DNA from: Candidatus Spongiisociaceae bacterium
GTDB taxonomy: Bacteria > Actinomycetota > Acidimicrobiia > Spongiisociales > Spongiisociaceae
Length of the DNA stretch: 64,000 nucleotides
NCBI GenBank assembly: GCA_965262915.1
Contig: OZ253564.1
Location: 3,776,001 to 3,840,000 of the forward strand
Reading direction: 5' to 3'
Shown here: positions 1-10,147 of the stretch, piece by piece
Layout: each line of letters opens with the position of its first letter
How positions within the stretch are numbered: position 1 is the first letter of the stretch
Made by a program: the position numbers and the translations under genes
Notes under the pieces: generated by a model
What the model was told of the DNA's origin: nothing
Database searches by the model: none
Seen by the model: the letters and a program-made list of their open reading frames with translations, nothing else

Positions 1-801
1 GCGCCGGCGCCCGACCCCACCGTGTCACCGGAGTCAGACGAGGCGCAGCGCGTCACCGAATGCGGGCGGCACCTCGATCGCCTGGTGTCGCAGGTACTCA
101 CCGACCTGCCCGCCGCGGTCTTCATCGAACCCATGCAGGGCGCCGGCGGCATGCTCCCCATCCCGGCCGGATTCCTCGAGTTGCTGCGCCGTTTCTGCGA
201 CCGGACCGGCGCTCTGCTCGTGTTCGACGAGATCCTCACCGGGGGCGGCCGGACCGGGCGGCTGTGGGCCTATCAACACTCCGGCACGACTCCCGACATC
301 CTCCTGCTCGGGAAAGGCATCGGCGGCGGCTTCCCCCTGGGGATCGTGGCCGGGCCCCGCAGCGTCATGGACGCGGGACCCGGCGCCCAACCCACCCACA
401 ACAGCAGCACCTTCGGAGGCAACCCCCTCGCCTGCGCGGCCGGGCTGGCTGCTCTGGCCGCGCTCCTCGACGAGGGCCTGGTCGAGAACGCCGCCCGCGT
501 GGGCGGGCACCTGATCGAGGCACTGCGGGAGCGGTTGGCGCCCCGCCGCCATGTGGCCGATGTCCGGGGCCTGGGCCTGGCGATCGGAGTGGAGATGGTC
601 ACCGACAAGACCACTCGCACGCCGGTGCCGGGCGACTTCATACGCGCGGCCCTGAGGGGGCTGCTGCGACGGGGCGTGGTCACTTCCAGCACCAGCCACG
701 TGATGAGGATCACTCCTCCCCTGTGCCTGACGGTCCCCCAAGCCGACTATATAGCCGACGCAGTCGACGATACTCTGCTGGAGTTGGAACGGAACGCCTG
801 A
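1..801 (+). CDS. Class III PLP-dependent aminotransferase (5' end outside window)
   Basis: Motifs IEPMQGAGG, FDEILTGGGRTG, PDILLLGKGIGGG (PLP Lys), STFGGNPLACAA; frame open from base 1. Confidence 0.9.
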   Translation, partial: APAPDPTVSPESDEAQRVTECGRHLDRLVSQVLTDLPAAVFIEPMQGAGGMLPIPAGFLELLRRFCDRTGALLVFDEILTGGGRTGRLWAYQHSGTTPDILLLGKGIGGGFPLGIVAGPRSVMDAGPGAQPTHNSSTFGGNPLACAAGLAALAALLDEGLVENAARVGGHLIEALRERLAPRRHVADVRGLGLAIGVEMVTDKTTRTPVPGDFIRAALRGLLRRGVVTSSTSHVMRITPPLCLTVPQADYIADAVDDTLLELERNA

Positions 802-979
802 CCGGGACTGTCCGCCGATCGTAACTGCGCGGCGGAACCTGCCTCCTCGACGACCCGTACGCCTCTGGCAGGCGACCGGGCCGAGTCGACGTCCATGCAC
901 CTACCCGGCGTGAGAGTCCACCACCCGCCGGCGAACACACCGCCCGGTTCCGTGGGGGGCCGTACTCGTGTGCCCTTTG

Positions 980-1071
980 TGAAACCGGTTACAGAACCGA
1001 TTGCATGGTGAATAACATCCTCAACCAGTTAGTTTGTTATATGTAGATAACAGTCAATGTAATCGGTTGCA
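980..1071. promoter_or_regulatory. Three LacI-type operator-like sites upstream of the ABC operon
   Basis: tgaaaccggttaca (980-993), cagaaccgattgca (992-1005), tgtaatcggttgca (1058-1071); CG-centred imperfect palindromes in an AT-rich spacer; LacI gene at 6701-7684. Confidence 0.65.
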
Positions 1072-1111
1072 AGAGGCAACTGGAATAGGGTGCAGCCGGC
1101 GAGGGAGGTAA

Positions 1112-2176
1112 GTGATGAGATCAGGACGATTGCTGCTCGGGTTGGCGATCGGGTTTGCTCTCGCAGCACCCGCATGCGGCGGCAGCCGCGACACCGCTCC
1201 CTCCGTGACCCCGGCAGCACCGCCACCGGAGGCAACTCCGGTCACCGAGGAACCGATCAAGGTCGTCCTGGTCTCGAACCAGGCGGCGGGCGACCTGGGC
1301 CCCGTGGACGGGATGATCGATGGCCTGGAAGCCTCGGGTGCGGCCAGCGGACACGCCACCCAGTTCGTCGAAGCCTCCGAACCCGCTGCCTTCGAGATGC
1401 AACTCCGCAACCTCGCCGGCAGCGGCGCAGACATCATCATCGTGACGTTCTTCGATCTCGGTTCCACCGTCGCTCTGATCGCTCCCGACTATCCCGACAC
1501 TGCGTTCGTGGCCGTGGTGGCCGCGCCTATCGACGAGCCCAATGTCAACGTGGTGGACTACGAGTTCTACAAGGGCGCCTACATCGGCGGCATGTACGCG
1601 GCCATGATGACCGATACCGACCGGCTCGGCTACATCGGCGGCGCGCCTCTCCCCTTTGCCTGGGCGGACTTCAACGCCTTCACCGACGGCGCCCGTTCGG
1701 TCAACCCCGACATCGAGACGACGGCCACCTTCGCCAACGGATTCGAGGATCCCGCCGGAGCACGGGAGATGGCGTCGGGTCTGTACGCGCAGGATGTCGA
1801 CTTCATATTCACGGGCGCGGCGGCCGGCGACATAGGAGTGGTCCAAGCGGCTGTCGAGAACGACGCCATGGTGATGGTGGCCTCCGATCTCTCCGACCTC
1901 GGACCCGCCAACGTGGCATTGGTCGTCGAGATCGAATGGGCCATCACCATCCAGAACGAGATCGACTACGTACTCGGCGGCGGGGACGGAGGCCGGTACC
2001 GCAAGGCCGGACCGGAGTCGGGTGAGATCTCGTTCACGATTCCGGAGGCGTTCGTGGAAGGGGCCAGCGGCGACCGGCCTGAGCGCGCCGAAGCCTCACG
2101 ACCCGGCTTGGAAGCCTCCGTGGCGTCCCTCATCGCCGGTGGCCTGGTGATCGCCGAGGTAGGCGAAGAACGCTGA
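1112..2176 (+). CDS. BMP/PnrA family ABC substrate-binding lipoprotein
   Basis: Signal peptide with lipobox APAC; GAYIGGMYAA, LGYIGG, FEDPAGARE; precedes ATPase and two permeases. Confidence 0.85.
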   Translation: MMRSGRLLLGLAIGFALAAPACGGSRDTAPSVTPAAPPPEATPVTEEPIKVVLVSNQAAGDLGPVDGMIDGLEASGAASGHATQFVEASEPAAFEMQLRNLAGSGADIIIVTFFDLGSTVALIAPDYPDTAFVAVVAAPIDEPNVNVVDYEFYKGAYIGGMYAAMMTDTDRLGYIGGAPLPFAWADFNAFTDGARSVNPDIETTATFANGFEDPAGAREMASGLYAQDVDFIFTGAAAGDIGVVQAAVENDAMVMVASDLSDLGPANVALVVEIEWAITIQNEIDYVLGGGDGGRYRKAGPESGEISFTIPEAFVEGASGDRPERAEASRPGLEASVASLIAGGLVIAEVGEER

Positions 2177-2187
2177 GCGAACACACC

Positions 2188-3729
2188 TTGCCTACCCCTC
2201 CGGACCGCTCCCATCACGAATCGGGTAGGTGGGCGGTCCGGTGCAACGACCTCACCGTCCGGTTCGGTGCGCTCACGGCGGTATCCGGCGTGTCGATGCA
2301 ACTCCCCCGAGGCGGTATCCATGCCCTGGTCGGCCAGAACGGAGCCGGGAAGACGACGCTGGCCAGAGTGCTGGCGGGATTGCAGGCCCAAGACCACGGC
2401 ACCGTCGAGATCAACGGAACGGAAATCCCGGCCGGTGACCACCGAACCGCCCGGCGGGCGGGCGTCGATATGGTCTACCAGTACGCGTCGCTGGTTCCCG
2501 GCATGACGGTGGCCGAGGCGCTGGAACTCTGGGCTCCCAAGGGGCAGGTGGGCGGCTACCGGCGGCACAATATCGAGCGGCGCTGGACGGCGTACCTGGC
2601 CGAGCACGACATTGAGATCGATGTCCGGCAGCGGGTTCGCGACCTGCCGGCGGAAACGGTCCAGTCCATCGAGATCGCCCGCGCCGACCCGGGGCCGGGG
2701 GGCCTGCTGATACTGGACGAACCGACCTCGCTCCTCGCGCCGGGTCGGGTGGCGCGCCTCTTCGAGCAACTCCGCGCCGCGGCCGCCGCAGGAGTCACGG
2801 TCATAATCGTGCTTCACAAACTGGCCGAGGTGCGGGAGGTCGCCGACACCGTGTCGGTGATGCGCCGAGGTCGTCTGGCGCTGGAACCGACACCTATCGA
2901 ATCGGTGGACGACGCCCGGCTCGGCGAACTGATCATGGGGCGCGAGCACCCGTCGGGCGGCCACCCCCGAACCCACGTAACCGCCGAGAAGACCCTGGTG
3001 GCAACCGGACTCGAGGCGCCGGGCGGCCCCAACGATGCGCCGCTCCGGGATGTGACGCTGGAGGTGCGCGCCGGAGAGATCGTCGGCGTGCCCGGAGTCG
3101 CCGGCAACGGGCAACACACTCTGGTGGAGGTACTGGCCGGTCTCCGCACTCCCACGTCGGGTACGGTGACCATGTTCGGCACCGATATCGGCCGAGCCTC
3201 GACTGCCAAGCGGCGCTCGGCCGGACTGCGTTTCGTTCCCTTCGATCGCACCGCCGACGGCATAGGCACCGAACTGCCGCTGTGGCAGAACGTGACGAGT
3301 TGGGAGGCGGAACGCTTCCGGCGATGGAGAAGGCTTCCGTTCCTGTCCGTGGCCAGGATGCGTCGCGAGGCATGTGATCGCCTCGACCTTTTCGGCGTGG
3401 TCTACTCGGACATCGAGCAGCCCGCCGGATCTCTCTCCGGTGGCAACATGCAGCGTCTGATACTCGCTCGCGAGCTTCCCGACGCGGCTGCGCTCATCGC
3501 GGCTCGACCAACCCGAGGACTTGACATCGGCGGCACCCGGGTCGTCTGGCGGTGTATCCGGGACCTGGCGGCCGCCGGAGTCCCGATCCTGGTGATCGCG
3601 TCGGACCTCGCGGAGACCCTGGACCACAGCGACCGCGTCGTGGTGCTGCGCGGCGGGGTCATCGGTGCGGAATTCCTTCCTCCTTTCGACCGCGCCCGCA
3701 TAGGCCGCGCCATGACCGGGGGCGTGTAG
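2188..3729 (+). CDS. ABC transporter ATP-binding protein (double NBD, nucleoside/sugar type)
   Basis: Walker A GQNGAGKTT, LILDEPT, LSGGNMQR, PTRGLDIG. Confidence 0.92.
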   Translation: MPTPPDRSHHESGRWAVRCNDLTVRFGALTAVSGVSMQLPRGGIHALVGQNGAGKTTLARVLAGLQAQDHGTVEINGTEIPAGDHRTARRAGVDMVYQYASLVPGMTVAEALELWAPKGQVGGYRRHNIERRWTAYLAEHDIEIDVRQRVRDLPAETVQSIEIARADPGPGGLLILDEPTSLLAPGRVARLFEQLRAAAAAGVTVIIVLHKLAEVREVADTVSVMRRGRLALEPTPIESVDDARLGELIMGREHPSGGHPRTHVTAEKTLVATGLEAPGGPNDAPLRDVTLEVRAGEIVGVPGVAGNGQHTLVEVLAGLRTPTSGTVTMFGTDIGRASTAKRRSAGLRFVPFDRTADGIGTELPLWQNVTSWEAERFRRWRRLPFLSVARMRREACDRLDLFGVVYSDIEQPAGSLSGGNMQRLILARELPDAAALIAARPTRGLDIGGTRVVWRCIRDLAAAGVPILVIASDLAETLDHSDRVVVLRGGVIGAEFLPPFDRARIGRAMTGGV

Positions 3730-3745
3730 TGAGGGGACGATCAGC

Positions 3746-4882
3746 ATGAGATCACTCCTTCTGTCAGCGTCCACCAAGGGGATCCCGGTGGCCGTGGCGT
3801 TGGGTTTGACCTTCTCGTTGTTCGAAGTCACCGGCTTCGACTCTCTGGGCGTGGCGTCGGGAATCGTCGAGGGCGCCCTCACCGGTCCCGGTGCGCTCTC
3901 CAACACGTTCCGCTGGGCCGTACCCCTCATTCTCATGGCCCTCGGTATCGCGGTGAGCCTGCGCGCCGGCGAGTTCAACATCGGCACCCAAGGGCAGTTG
4001 CTGGTAGGCAGCCTGGCCACCGTCTGGGTCGCCCTCGAATGGGAAGCCCCGGCACCGGCTGTGATCCTGGTGGCGACGTTGGTGGGGGTGATCGCCGGAG
4101 CGATGTGGTCTTCCATCGCCGGCGTGCTCAAGGTCCGCCTAGGCGCGGACGAGGTGATCACCACGCTGATGCTGAATCTCGTCTCGCTGCAGGTAATCCA
4201 GTGGGCCGCAACCGGGCCCCTGAAGGACCTGACCAACAGCGGTGACTCGGCTTCCACGCCGCGGATCGATCCCGCTCTGCGCCTGCAGGAGTCCGGTCGC
4301 GCGTCTCCCGAGATCCTGATCCTGACCTCGGCCATCATCATCGCGGTCTGGGTACTGATGGACAGGAGCAGGCTGGGGTTCCACATCCGCTACGTCGGCA
4401 CCAACCCGTCGGCCGCCCGCTGGCAGGGTATGTCGATAGCCCGCATCCAAATGTCTACGTACCTGATCGCGGGGGGCCTGGCCGGGCTGGCGGGCGCGAT
4501 GGAGGTACTGGGGCCGGCCGGTCGGGTAGTCACCGGTTCGACACCCACCCTCGGGTTCAGCGCTCTGGTCGTCGCGACCGTGGCCGGTCTAGGTGTGCCC
4601 GGCACCGCCGCGGTGGCAATCCTCGCCGGAGCGGTCCAGGCCGCCGTCCTATACCTCCCGATCGTCTCGGATGTGCCGGTCTCCGGTCTCCGGATCGGAG
4701 AAGGGCTCCTCGCCACGCTGATCACGGCGCAGGTCGCCACCGTTCTCCGGAGAAGGCGAAACCCCACCACCCGGGGCCGGGTCCGAGCGGACCGGCGACA
4801 CACCCTGTGCCGGAGCCGACGGTCCCCCGAGCACACCGGCCTCGATCCGGCCACCGGAAGGCGCTCATGGAAGAGTTCGTAG
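3746..4882 (+). CDS. ABC transporter permease
   Basis: Hydrophobic; FNIGTQGQ, EVITTLMLN, VGTNPSAA motifs. Confidence 0.88.
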   Translation: MRSLLLSASTKGIPVAVALGLTFSLFEVTGFDSLGVASGIVEGALTGPGALSNTFRWAVPLILMALGIAVSLRAGEFNIGTQGQLLVGSLATVWVALEWEAPAPAVILVATLVGVIAGAMWSSIAGVLKVRLGADEVITTLMLNLVSLQVIQWAATGPLKDLTNSGDSASTPRIDPALRLQESGRASPEILILTSAIIIAVWVLMDRSRLGFHIRYVGTNPSAARWQGMSIARIQMSTYLIAGGLAGLAGAMEVLGPAGRVVTGSTPTLGFSALVVATVAGLGVPGTAAVAILAGAVQAAVLYLPIVSDVPVSGLRIGEGLLATLITAQVATVLRRRRNPTTRGRVRADRRHTLCRSRRSPEHTGLDPATGRRSWKSS

Positions 4883-5778
4883 CATCGACCATTCGTGTGA
4901 GCGTCCCGATCGCACTGGCAGCAACAGCCTCTCTGTTCGCGGTGCGGGCCGGCATCTTCCATCTGGGAATCGAAGGCCTCATGCTCTCCGGCGCATTCAC
5001 CGCCGTCGGCATCGCTCACCGAACCGGTTCCCTGATCCTCGCCGTGAGCGGCGCCGTGGTGATCTCGGCGGTCGTCTCGTGGATCTACTGGTTGCTCATG
5101 GAGAAACTCGGGTCGAATGCCGTCATCACCGGCCTAGGCATCACCGGGTTCTCCCTCGGCGCCACCTCCTACTTCCTGGTTGTCATCTTCGGCCAGAGAG
5201 GCCGGCTGCACTCCCCGGTCCGGCTACCCAGGCCGGTGACCGGCACGCAGGAGGGCCTGGCGGCGTACGTCAACGAACTCTCGATCCTCGGATGGATGAC
5301 GCCCCTGCTCCTGTTGCTGTCCTGGTTCCTGATGCGGCGCAGCCAGTTCGGGTTGCGGCTCACAGCCGTGGGCACCTACTCGTACGGAGCTCGGGCAGCG
5401 GGGATCGACGAAGGGCGGATCCGGCTCCAGGCCATGATGCTGACCTCTGTCGGCGTCGCCCTGGCCGGCACCGAACTGGCTCTGGGCGGTCTCTCCGCGT
5501 TCACCCACGGAATGACCAACGGGCGCGGTTTCATCGCCCTGGCCGCCGCGCTGTTCGGTTTGCTGCATCCGATCGGGACCGCTGCCGCGTCCACGTTCTT
5601 CGGGGCAGCCGAGGCGATCGGTGTCGTCACCCAGGTCCGGGGCATCACGGTCCTGCCAAGACCCCTCATCCTGACGATCCCGTTCGTGCTCACGATCCTT
5701 GCCGTAACGCTCGGCGCAGCGGTCAGGAAACGGTCGCACACCCTCCGCGACAAGGAGGCGGATGTTGGCCAGCCCTGA
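4867..5778 (+). CDS. ABC transporter permease
   Basis: LGIEGLML, FGLRLTAVG, GRGFIALAA; start placed at ATG 4867. Confidence 0.88.
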   Translation: MEEFVASTIRVSVPIALAATASLFAVRAGIFHLGIEGLMLSGAFTAVGIAHRTGSLILAVSGAVVISAVVSWIYWLLMEKLGSNAVITGLGITGFSLGATSYFLVVIFGQRGRLHSPVRLPRPVTGTQEGLAAYVNELSILGWMTPLLLLLSWFLMRRSQFGLRLTAVGTYSYGARAAGIDEGRIRLQAMMLTSVGVALAGTELALGGLSAFTHGMTNGRGFIALAAALFGLLHPIGTAAASTFFGAAEAIGVVTQVRGITVLPRPLILTIPFVLTILAVTLGAAVRKRSHTLRDKEADVGQP

Positions 5779-6673
5779 AGCCTCGGATCTCTGGGAGTCT
5801 TTCCGCGAGGCTCGCGCCGCAGCCCCTCCTTTCGACCTGATCCGCGATAGGGAAACAGCCTCCCGAGCGGGCGAGATCATCCCGCCACCGTACGGGATCA
5901 CCTACTCGACATCGACCATGGCGGGAACCCCGACGCTGCGCGTCGTCCCGACCGAGCTCGTCTCGGATGTGCCGGTCCTGTGGATCCACGGCGGCGCCTT
6001 CACCATGCTGTCGGCCCACGCGTTCCGCCATTGGGCCGGATACCTGGCCGCCGAACTCCGACGCCCCGTGCTCATACCGGACTACAGCCTCGCCCCGGAG
6101 CATCCGTTCCCGACCGCCCTCGACGAGATCGTGAGGGTCTACCTGGAACTCGCCCGCATCCATCCCGACCGGCCCATGGTGGTAATCGCCGACTCGTCGG
6201 GCGGAGCGTTGGGGGTGGGACTCCAGCTACGTTTACGCCAGGACGGTTCGCCGCAACCGGCCCTCACGGTGCTGCTCTGCCCCTGGCTCGACCTGACCCT
6301 GACCAATCCGTCCATCAGCGCCAACGCCCGCCTCGATGCGGTACTGGACGCCTCGATGATCCACTCCTACACCGAGTCCTACCTGAACGGGACCGGCCCG
6401 ACGCACCCCTTCGCCTCCCCCGCTCACGCCGACCTTGATGGCATAGGCCCGCTCTTCATCATGTCCGCCGAGTACGACATCCTGGCCGACGACGCCCTTG
6501 GCTTCGCCCATCGTTGTGCGGAGGCCGGTGTCGAGGCCCATCTCGAGATCGCCCCCGAGCTTCCCCATTGCTACCAGTTCTTCGTGGGAGTGATCCCCGA
6601 GGCTGACGCGGCTCTCAGCCGGATCGTGGAGAGGATCCTGTGCCACGGTGAGCCATGGGACAGCGTCCTGTGA
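5762..6673 (+). CDS. Alpha/beta hydrolase (HSL-family esterase)
   Basis: HGGAF oxyanion motif, DYSLAPEHPFP, ADSSGG nucleophile elbow, EYDIL, PHCY. Confidence 0.88.
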   Translation: MLASPEASDLWESFREARAAAPPFDLIRDRETASRAGEIIPPPYGITYSTSTMAGTPTLRVVPTELVSDVPVLWIHGGAFTMLSAHAFRHWAGYLAAELRRPVLIPDYSLAPEHPFPTALDEIVRVYLELARIHPDRPMVVIADSSGGALGVGLQLRLRQDGSPQPALTVLLCPWLDLTLTNPSISANARLDAVLDASMIHSYTESYLNGTGPTHPFASPAHADLDGIGPLFIMSAEYDILADDALGFAHRCAEAGVEAHLEIAPELPHCYQFFVGVIPEADAALSRIVERILCHGEPWDSVL

Positions 6674-6700
6674 CACGCGCCGGCGGAGCGAGCGGCTTGC

Positions 6701-7684
6701 TCAAGCTGACTCCCGCACCACCAGACCGGGTGGCAGGACGATGTCGATCGGGTCGCCGCCCAGACCTCCCAACCGGCGAGCCACCAACCGGACCACCTCC
6801 TCGGCTATCTCGCGAGCCGGTATCCGGATGGTGGTGATGGCCGGGGTCACCCATTCGGTCCAGTCCGCCCCGCCATAGCCCACCACGAGCGGCCGGTCGT
6901 CCGGCCCGAACCGCGCATCCAGCTCCGAGGACACCGCGACGGCCACCAGATCACTGCCGCAGACGTACGCATCCGGCGGCTTCGACCCTTCCTGGAGTTC
7001 GGTGGCCATCGCCCGACCGAACTCACGCGATACCGGCCCCAACCGGAGCATCGTGTCGAGCCCGTCGATCGACCCCGCCGCGGCCACGAAACCCTCCAGT
7101 TGCTCCGCGCCGATGATGCTGGACGTCCCCTCCCCCAGGAAGGCAACCCGCCGGGCACCCTCGCGAACGACGAAACGCACCGCTTGACGTACCCCGGCGG
7201 CATGGTCGGTTCGCACAGCGTCGGCGGTGCTGTCCGCCGGGCCCGAGTCCACGAGGATGACCGGCACATCGTCCCCAGTGGCGTACGGTCGAACAGCCGT
7301 CGGCGCTCCGGTCCGCACCAGCAACAGGGCATCGACACGCTGGGCGACCAGGCGCTTGATGCTGTCGGACTCGGATTCGGGACTCGCTGCGCCTTCCGCC
7401 AGCACCAGCGAGACATCCGACATCGCCAGGGCACGTTCCAGGCCCCGAACGAGATGCAACACGGCGGGATAGCGACCCAGCGGCACGACCAGCCCCACCA
7501 TCGCCGATCTCTGCCGTCGCAGGGCCTGGGCGACGCGATCGGGCCGGTAGCCGAGACGCTCGACGACTTCCCGAACCCGTCTGGCCGTCTCGGGCGCCAC
7601 CGCAGCTCCTCCCCCCAGGACCCTGGAGACGGTCGCCGGCGAGACCCGAGCCGCCGTCGCCACGTCGTAGATGGTTATTCCCAC
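6701..7684 (-). CDS. LacI family transcriptional regulator
   Basis: TIYDVATAARVSPATVSRVL HTH, LGYRPD, PAITTI; GTG start after AGGAGG RBS. Confidence 0.92.
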   Translation of the reverse strand: MGITIYDVATAARVSPATVSRVLGGGAAVAPETARRVREVVERLGYRPDRVAQALRRQRSAMVGLVVPLGRYPAVLHLVRGLERALAMSDVSLVLAEGAASPESESDSIKRLVAQRVDALLLVRTGAPTAVRPYATGDDVPVILVDSGPADSTADAVRTDHAAGVRQAVRFVVREGARRVAFLGEGTSSIIGAEQLEGFVAAAGSIDGLDTMLRLGPVSREFGRAMATELQEGSKPPDAYVCGSDLVAVAVSSELDARFGPDDRPLVVGYGGADWTEWVTPAITTIRIPAREIAEEVVRLVARRLGGLGGDPIDIVLPPGLVVRESA

Positions 7685-7892
7685 TCGCCCTCCTAGCCGG
7701 CATCGCAACGCCGAAGGAGCTGATGCGGACCCGATGATGGACGGACCGAAATGCCTGGGCGATCCCAGAGCGATATGCGGCCCTTGATCGACTGTAGCAA
7801 CGCTCGGATCTCGACGATCACGGTAGGATCCAGAAGCGGTAACCATCAAGCTACCAGCTACTATTGATGTGATCCGTATGACACGACCGTTG

Positions 7893-8663
7893 TCAGACGG
7901 CGGAGTAGCCCCCGTCTACGATCAGATCGGCGCCGGTGACGTAGGAACTGTCATCGGATGCCAGGAAGAGGACCGCTCGGGCGATCTCCTCGGGCTCGGC
8001 CCAGCGTCGCATCGGAATGTGGGGAAGGAACAGGGAGCGACGCTCGGGATCCTCCCATGAGGACCGTCCCATCTCGGTCATCGTGAATCCGGGGACCAAC
8101 GAGTTGACCCGGATACCGAACCTGGCGTACTGGGCCGCGGCGGTCCTGGTGAGCAACCGCACAGCCGCCTTGGAAGCGGCGTACGCAGGGGCCTGGGCTT
8201 CTGTGATGTCCGGGTAGACGGCCGCCACCAGGCCCATCACCGACGACACGTTGATGATCGACCCCGAAGCCTGCGCCTTCATCACGGGCAGAGCGGCCCG
8301 GATACCCAGAAACGTGCCTGTCAGGTTGACCTCGTTGACACGATTCCACTCCTCGAGTGGCGTGTCCTCGAAGGCGGACCGGTATCCGGTACCGGCATTG
8401 TTGACCACAACGTCCAACCGGCCGAAGCGATCCACGGTCCTCTCCACCGCGAGCCGCCAGCTCTCCTCCCGGGTCACATCGAGATCGATGAAGGTGGCCT
8501 CTCCTCCGCGTCGCGAGATGCCGGCGGCAACCCGTGTCCCCCGCCCGGTCTGGATGTCGGCAACCACGACGGATGCGCCCTCCTCGGCGAAGAGCCTGCA
8601 CTCCACGGCACCCATGCCCTGGGCTGCGCCGGAGACCAGCGCGACCTTGCCCTCGAGTCTCAC
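7893..8663 (-). CDS. Short-chain dehydrogenase/reductase (SDR)
   Basis: SGAAQGMG, NNAG, YAASK, IRVNSLVPG, VDGG; GTG start after GGAGG. Confidence 0.93.
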   Translation of the reverse strand: MRLEGKVALVSGAAQGMGAVECRLFAEEGASVVVADIQTGRGTRVAAGISRRGGEATFIDLDVTREESWRLAVERTVDRFGRLDVVVNNAGTGYRSAFEDTPLEEWNRVNEVNLTGTFLGIRAALPVMKAQASGSIINVSSVMGLVAAVYPDITEAQAPAYAASKAAVRLLTRTAAAQYARFGIRVNSLVPGFTMTEMGRSSWEDPERRSLFLPHIPMRRWAEPEEIARAVLFLASDDSSYVTGADLIVDGGYSAV

Positions 8664-8932
8664 ATCGTCCTCCGTTCCGGTGAATCGCAATGTCCGGATG
8701 TGCGGTGCCCGAGTCCCCGGTCCGACCTTACTGCGGCAAGGCAAACCCCCGAGCGTCGACTACCGGTCGCGGCCATGCCCCGGCTCCGTGGAACCGGACC
8801 ACCCCGTGCGTTGGCCGTTCCGCATCTCAGCGGCCGGATGTCCGCCATCCTCGCGGGTAGGCCGTTCCGGCCGAGTGTCCCAAACGCAGCAGGACTACGA
8901 TCCCCGCCAGCCGGAATCTGGCGGGGTGACAC

Positions 8933-9541
8933 GTGAATAGCAAGTTCCGATCCGTTCTCGCCCTCATGCTGGCGTGTGTGGGTAGCGCATGCCAGGGCAC
9001 GGCGCCGCCGACCACCACCTCGGCTCCGCCCGCAGTCCAGTCGGTGGTCTCGACCACCACCGTGCCGGCCCCTCCGGCATCCTCTACGTCCACGACCACG
9101 ACCAGCCTGGCGGCAACGGGCCTCTCGACCACCGCCGACGGTGCTCTGAACGAAGCCGCCCAGGAGTGCAACCGGTTCACGGTCGGGCTCGACCGGTTCG
9201 TGTTCAACCGGCTGCAACCGATCCTCACCGAAGCCACGGACCTTCTGCACTCGCCGCCCGACACGCCGGACCCCGGCGAGGTGGCCGCCGGGTTGATCGG
9301 TGCCGCCGAGCAACTCGGACGGCTCGTCGAAGAGTTCGACCTGATGGGAGTTCCGCCCCGGGAGATCGTGGACCTCGTGCTCTCCATCCGGGAGGCCGTC
9401 CAGCTCTTCGCCGCGAGCTTCAACAAGGGGGCCCTCGGTTGGGAGTCGGGCGACGCGGACCTGGTACGAGAGGCCAGGGACAACACGCAGGAGGCGGCGG
9501 CCGTCCTCAACTCCTTCTTCGGCTGGCAACTCTGCGGCTGA
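8933..9541 (+). CDS. Hypothetical lipoprotein with Thr/Pro-rich linker and helical domain
   Basis: Signal peptide with GSAC lipobox, low-complexity Thr-rich stretch. Confidence 0.65.
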   Translation: MNSKFRSVLALMLACVGSACQGTAPPTTTSAPPAVQSVVSTTTVPAPPASSTSTTTTSLAATGLSTTADGALNEAAQECNRFTVGLDRFVFNRLQPILTEATDLLHSPPDTPDPGEVAAGLIGAAEQLGRLVEEFDLMGVPPREIVDLVLSIREAVQLFAASFNKGALGWESGDADLVREARDNTQEAAAVLNSFFGWQLCG

Positions 9542-10147
9542 CAGCCGGTACGGGTGGGCGCCGACCCGCTGTCGAAATCCCGCCCCGGTCGATGAGTTCG
9601 CAGCAAGGACCGGGAATCTCGGCGGCCCGATCAGACCGTTCTCCCGGCTGAAGGCTGGAGCGTCTTCTCCCCGTAGCAAAGACCAGGATCACCTCGGCGC
9701 AATCCGGCTTGCAGTGAAGGAACCGGCTCCGAAGTCCTGCCCGCCCGCTCATGCTCGGGAGTCCCACCACCAGATCGCGAAAAATGCCCCTGCAGGCCCC
9801 TCCGCCGGGCCCTCCCCCACCACCACCCTGCCAGGGCTCGGAGCGCGTTCTGCCCACCCGCAAGCGGGCCATCCGGTTCCAAGAAACTCGTGATCCCTCG
9901 GGCGGTCCGATGACGTCGGTTCGACACCGCCTGGGTGTTTGGTGCCTCCATAGTGCAACAGGACTGTGACAGATTCAACCCCCTCGTGACGCGGAGTCTC
10001 CCCGACTAGGAACCTCGCACCTGCCCATGCACCTTTTCGCGACAACCTGGCATCTAGCCCGGCCGCCGAGGGTCTCCGCGGGACTCGCCCATCTCTCCGC
10101 TGCGGTATCGTCGCGTGGATCACCGCTTCGTCTCGTCGGGAGGAAAG

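Noticed and set aside
1966-4386. Long antisense or alternate-frame ORFs (806 aa here; also 20528-22327 and 60097-62139)
   Set aside because: Shadow ORFs of motif-bearing genes in high-GC DNA, with no family motifs of their own
10041-10053. 13-mer gacaacctggcat repeated near 50323
   Set aside because: Matches of this length are expected by chance in 64 kb
9545-10140. Riboswitch or small gene in the 600-bp gap before the PTE gene
   Set aside because: No recognisable TPP, SAM, B12 or glycine aptamer consensus, and the short ORFs look like GC-rich noise; an Rfam scan would settle it
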